Of a stretch of DNA of 64,000 nucleotides, positions 59,883 to 64,000 are shown piece by piece (within the stretch, counting starts at the first letter, position 1; each line of letters begins with the position of its first letter). Both the position numbers and the translations under genes were made by a program. Location of the stretch: positions 186,001 through 250,000 of the forward strand of contig NW_003314280.1 in NCBI RefSeq assembly GCF_000143415.4, in the 5' to 3' direction. Source of the stretch: Selaginella moellendorffii. Taxonomy: Eukaryota; Plantae; Lycopodiophyta. The notes below the pieces were generated by a model. The model was not told where the DNA came from and did no database searches. It saw nothing but the letters and a program-made list of their open reading frames with translations.

Positions 59883-60141
59883 AAGCTTGATGAATATCTT
59901 TTGCATTTCATGTTGCATACGTGGCAGCTGGCTCAATTGACGTAATTGTGCTCGTGTTCCTTAGGTTTAATCACTCTCCACGAGCAAAGTCAACAAGTCC
60001 GCGTTTAAAATCATACGTGGAAAATGCGAGGAGTGGACTTTCGCTCTGTATAGACGGCAGAAACTCTGGTTCCATGACATCATATTGACTTGCATGCTCT
60101 GAATAAAATGTGGAGAGCACAAGGCGCAATTCACCCAGCAA

Positions 60142-60357
60142 ATGGCATTCATAAGAATGATAATGGTTTACCTTTTGATCGGATTTTTCTTCATCTATGA
60201 CGCTTCTCAAGGTTCGCTAGGTGATTTCTTTGTTAGTCCTGTGAAATCAAGTGAAATGGCAGCTGCTCCTGACACTTCGGTGATGAGACGCAAGAAGGAA
60301 CCACAGTTTCGACCACCCTGGCGCGTCACTAGCCCACCGCACGGGATCAATCCATAG
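60142..60357 (+). CDS. Small secreted peptide precursor 3 (71 aa, single exon)
   Basis: Signal peptide MAFIRMIMVYLLIGFFFIYDASQG, basic site RRKK, C-terminus QFRPPWRVTSPPHGINP*. Confidence 0.6.
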   Translation: MAFIRMIMVYLLIGFFFIYDASQGSLGDFFVSPVKSSEMAAAPDTSVMRRKKEPQFRPPWRVTSPPHGINP

Positions 60358-61111
60358 TAGCACGAGAATGAAATGTATACCGTCGCTAAACGCCATCCCA
60401 TATGAGTGTGGACTCTTTGATCTCGTTTTATTTGAAGGTGCAATTTTCATAGCTGAAAATATGCTCTGCAAACTGAAGTCTTAGCTTTGATTTTGGAGTG
60501 AAACAATTTGTGATAGATTTGAAAATGTTAGAAACAGTTTTAGAAGACCTGATCATTCAATATTTCTTGAACATTAGACTCCAGACTCATGACCTCTGCT
60601 CCTGGGCTCTTGGACTATATGTAAGTTATACTTCTCCCTGCTGGTTCTTTAGTACGTTTTAAACTTGCAGATGCCGAGATTGTAGAGCCCATGTTAGACT
60701 AAACTATTAATTTCACTGTACTCCCAGCTTTGGCCGGCGAGTTAGACTTTCTTGAAGGTTTGACTTGCAATGTTCCAACTAGGTTGGAGCATACAAAAAG
60801 CACGAGGGGAGCAAACCACAGAAGAAATGAAATTAGCCAGAGAGATTTTGGTGTTTCTTGTAATGGGATTGATTATATTTGTTAGTGGTGAAAAATTTGT
60901 TAAAATCCTTTTGTAACAAAAAAAAACCTATATCTGCTTGAAGATAATTTAAAACTAAAAACCTGACGATGATTTTGAACTGCGAATCAGACAATTCTAA
61001 TCGCATATTTCTTGTGCTTTCCAGGAAATTAGTCCATCACGAATTTCGATCCCCCACGATCCATATTATATTAAACAAATTGTTGAACATTTTGCATAAA
61101 TTTTGATATGG

Positions 61112-63771
61112 TTACGCTGATCTTGTGGCCGCGTCGCAAGGCTTCCATACAGTGTACGTATTCGAGAGCTGCACGTAACTTGCAGCATTTTCTGGTTCTA
61201 GCTCGATCAACCTCTGTGCTGCATGTTTTGCAACTTTGACATTGCCATGAACTCTGGAAGAACCAAGAAGAGAACTCCATAGCACCGAGTCTGGCTGCAC
61301 GGTCATCTTCTTGACGAGGGCCTCCGCTTCGTTCAGCCAACCCGATCGTCCCAAGAGATCAATAAGGCAGCCATAGTGCTCAATACCAGCGGCCAGGCCA
61401 AGCTCCTGAGTCATGGCTATGAAGAAGTAGCAAGCGTCCTCTACAATGCCCGCATGGCTACATGCCGAGAGCACATTTATGAAAGTCACTTCATCCGGCT
61501 TGACGCCTTCCTGTTGCATCCTCTCGAAGATCTTCCGGGCATGCTCCATCTCCCCGTGCTGAGCGTATCCAGTTATTACGGCCGTCCAGGAGTTCACCAT
61601 GGTCTTGTCGTCCATGGCTTCGAAGATCCGCCGTGCAAGCTTGAGGCTCCCACACTTGCCATAGAAGTTAATGAGAGAGCTCTGGACGAGGGGGATCGAG
61701 GAGCAGCCAGTTTCGGCGATGGTGGCGTGAATTGCCTTTCCAACAGGCAGAGTTGCAAGGCTCGAGCAGGAAGTGAGAGCCGCGACGAAGGTGGTGGGGC
61801 TTGGCTTCATGCCTTCGAGGAGGATCCGGTGGTAGAGCTCGAGAGATTTTCTCCACAGACCGAGCTGGGAGTATGCTGACACCATTACCGTGCCGGCTAT
61901 CACGTCCCAGCAGTAGTCCAGCTCCTCGAATGTCTTCTCTACGTCTTGCAAGCTCCCGGACTTCCCAAACAGGTTGAGCAACGCGTTCTTCACGGCAAAG
62001 TCCGGCTCGTGGCCACTTTGAGCCACCAAGCAGCGAACCAGCGCTACTTCCTCGGGTGGCAGAGCTTGCGAATTTGCGCAGGCGTTGAGAACCGTGACGA
62101 ACGTGACTTTGTTCGGTTTGGTGCCATCCAGCAACATCTGCTTGAATAGATGCAATGCTGCTCTCGAGTCTCCAGCGTCGGAGTATCCTCCGATGATAGC
62201 AGTCCAGAGAACGACGCCCCTCCTCGAGTGCTTGGCAAAGATCCTGTGAGCTTCTTCCAGCCCTCCACACTTGCAGTACATATCAACGAGAGCGCTGACG
62301 ACGACATCAGTGGATTCGTAACCGGTTCCAACGAGGTTGGCATGAATCATCCGGCCTCGCTCCAAGAAACTCTCGCTGCAAGCGTTGAGAACCGTGGTAA
62401 AGGTGACGTTCGTGGGACGAAAGCCTTCCAGCTGCATCCGGGTGGTACAACTCAAAGGCAAGGTCGCAGTAGCCATTGACAGAGTACGCTGCGATCAAGC
62501 TGTTCCAGGATACAACANNNNNNNNNNNNNNNNNNNNNNNNNNNNNNNNNNNNNNNNNNNNNNNNNNNNNNNNNNNNNNNNNNNNNNNNNNNNNNNNNNN
62601 NNNNNNNNNNNNNNNNNCACCTCCCATACATGCTGACCAGGGCGTTCCGGACTTGAGCTTCGTTCTCCCGGCTGCCGCTCGTCGCGAAGCTCTCCTCAAC
62701 GTTGGAGTGGATCAGCCTCGCGGTGTACAAGTCGACTGGTCCCGTGCAAGCGTTCATGATTGAGAGAAAGGCAACGTCGTTTGGAAGCTGGCCCTCGAGC
62801 TGCATTTTCCGGTAGAGCCGAAGAGCTTCCGAGTTGAGCCCCGCGAGCGTGTACCCGGAGATGATGGCGTTCCAGGAGATCACGTCTTTTGAGGCGCACG
62901 AATCCTCGAACACGCTCCTGGCGGTGGTAAGTTGGCCTCCGTTTCCATACATGCTCACCAAAGCGTTGCAAACGACAGTCTCGCAGGACACTCCCAGGCT
63001 GACGATCCTCTCGTGCATCTCCTTGACGATGCTGCTGGCGATGGTGGCCGGATCGCTGCAAGCGTTGAGGATGGTGACGAGAGTGAAGGCGTCAGGTTTC
63101 ATCCCCTCGAGCTCCATCCGCCGGTAGACGCCGAGAGCTTCCGTGAAGCCCGAGCAAGACGCATAGGCGGCGATGAGAGTGTTCCAGGAGATCACGTCGG
63201 GCTGCCAGAGGCTCGCGAAGGCCACGCAAGCGTCGTCGAGGCACCCACACTTTGCGTAGAGATCCACAAGCGAGTTCCCCACCCGTGGGATGGCGTCGAA
63301 TCCTTTCTCTAGCACGTAAGTGTGCATCTCTCTCCCTTGATCAAGAGCTCTAAACTTCGCGCAGCAGTTGAGGAGGGTGACGAAGGTGATGCTGTCCGCG
63401 AAAACTCCCTGGAGCAGCATCTCTCGAAACACTAGGAGTGCTGGTTGCAAATGCCCTTTCTGTGCAAATGCTGCTATCAGCCTTGTCCAAGTGATCACGT
63501 CTCTCTCGTGGAGCCGCGAGAAGAGATTCCATGCATCCCAGACGCTGCCACAGCTGAGGTACCTGTGGACGATGGCGCTGCTCAGGAAGAGATCGCCGCC
63601 AAGCCCGTGCTCGACAATCCTGGTGTGAACTTCCAGCACGGATTTCTTGGAGGTGCATTCCTTGATCGCTGTGGCGAGCGACTTTGCGTCCAGGGAGAGA
63701 GAAGAAGTTGCCAGGCAGCGCGTACCAATCTCAGTCGTCGTCGCGATCATCGCCGGGCAGCGACGACGCAT
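61112..63771 (-). CDS. PLS-class PPR protein with E domain and no DYW, interrupted by an assembly gap
   Basis: Tandem P/L/S motifs, TFINVLSACSHAG, EHYGCLIDLLGRSG, WSSLLG, NAASYVQLSN; start codon uncertain. Confidence 0.85.
62518..62617. other. Assembly gap (100 N)
   Basis: Run of N. Confidence 1.
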
Positions 63772-64000
63772 TCTTCGCTCCTTTGCCTGCCATGCTCCCT
63801 CCCTCTCTTTAGGGCGCGGTGCTCCAGAGATTTGGGAAGTATCGTCTTGGGTCGCCTTGGATTCCCCTGGAGAGAACGATGAGTAGTTGCATTGATCCCT
63901 CCAACGCGCGGGGAGGTCTTCCCGGAGATCACCCTCTAGATCTACACCCGGCTGATGCCTTTTTCGGGCACCAGGATCCACGAGTAAATCTCTGGAAGGA

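Noticed and set aside
60212-60236. Possible intron in peptide precursor 3
   Set aside because: Only 25 nt; the unspliced frame is already open through the motif

Overview
Very compact land-plant nuclear DNA with introns of about 45-70 bp and intergenic gaps often under 100 bp. It carries an IFT74 flagellar gene and PLS-class PPR genes, which fits a flagellate-sperm plant such as the lycophyte Selaginella (inferred, not verified). About 25 ordinary genes are recognisable: LecRK, DUF819, UMAMIT, HIPL1, ATG3, a beta-propeller glycosidase, PEX14, IFT74, class III peroxidase, POLD4, a bark-storage-protein-like gene, kinesin-7, GT47, amidase, a Gly-rich wall protein, HLB1, PHO1, Mini-III, SNRNP25-like, PAAT-like, TPST, ClpR2 and PPR. 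Two accessory zones stand out. (1) 8.1-16.0 kb: a duplicated [HIPL1 5' end + ATG3 3' end] block, reciprocally decayed, brackets a ~6.4 kb insert holding an intronless Crinkler-like REase-kinase gene and AT-rich, CpG-depleted DNA. (2) 53.2-60.4 kb: a rearranged patch of tRNA-Arg genes and pseudogenes, PPR and P450 pseudogenes, and three small secreted-peptide precursor genes, two of them visible only after splicing. The three precursors share a C-terminal [EQ]FRP...PP.G.NP-stop motif reminiscent of CEP hormones and are the best candidate for an undescribed system. A membrane-anchored degenerate PhyH + double-cupin protein is also unusual. All gene models were built by eye.
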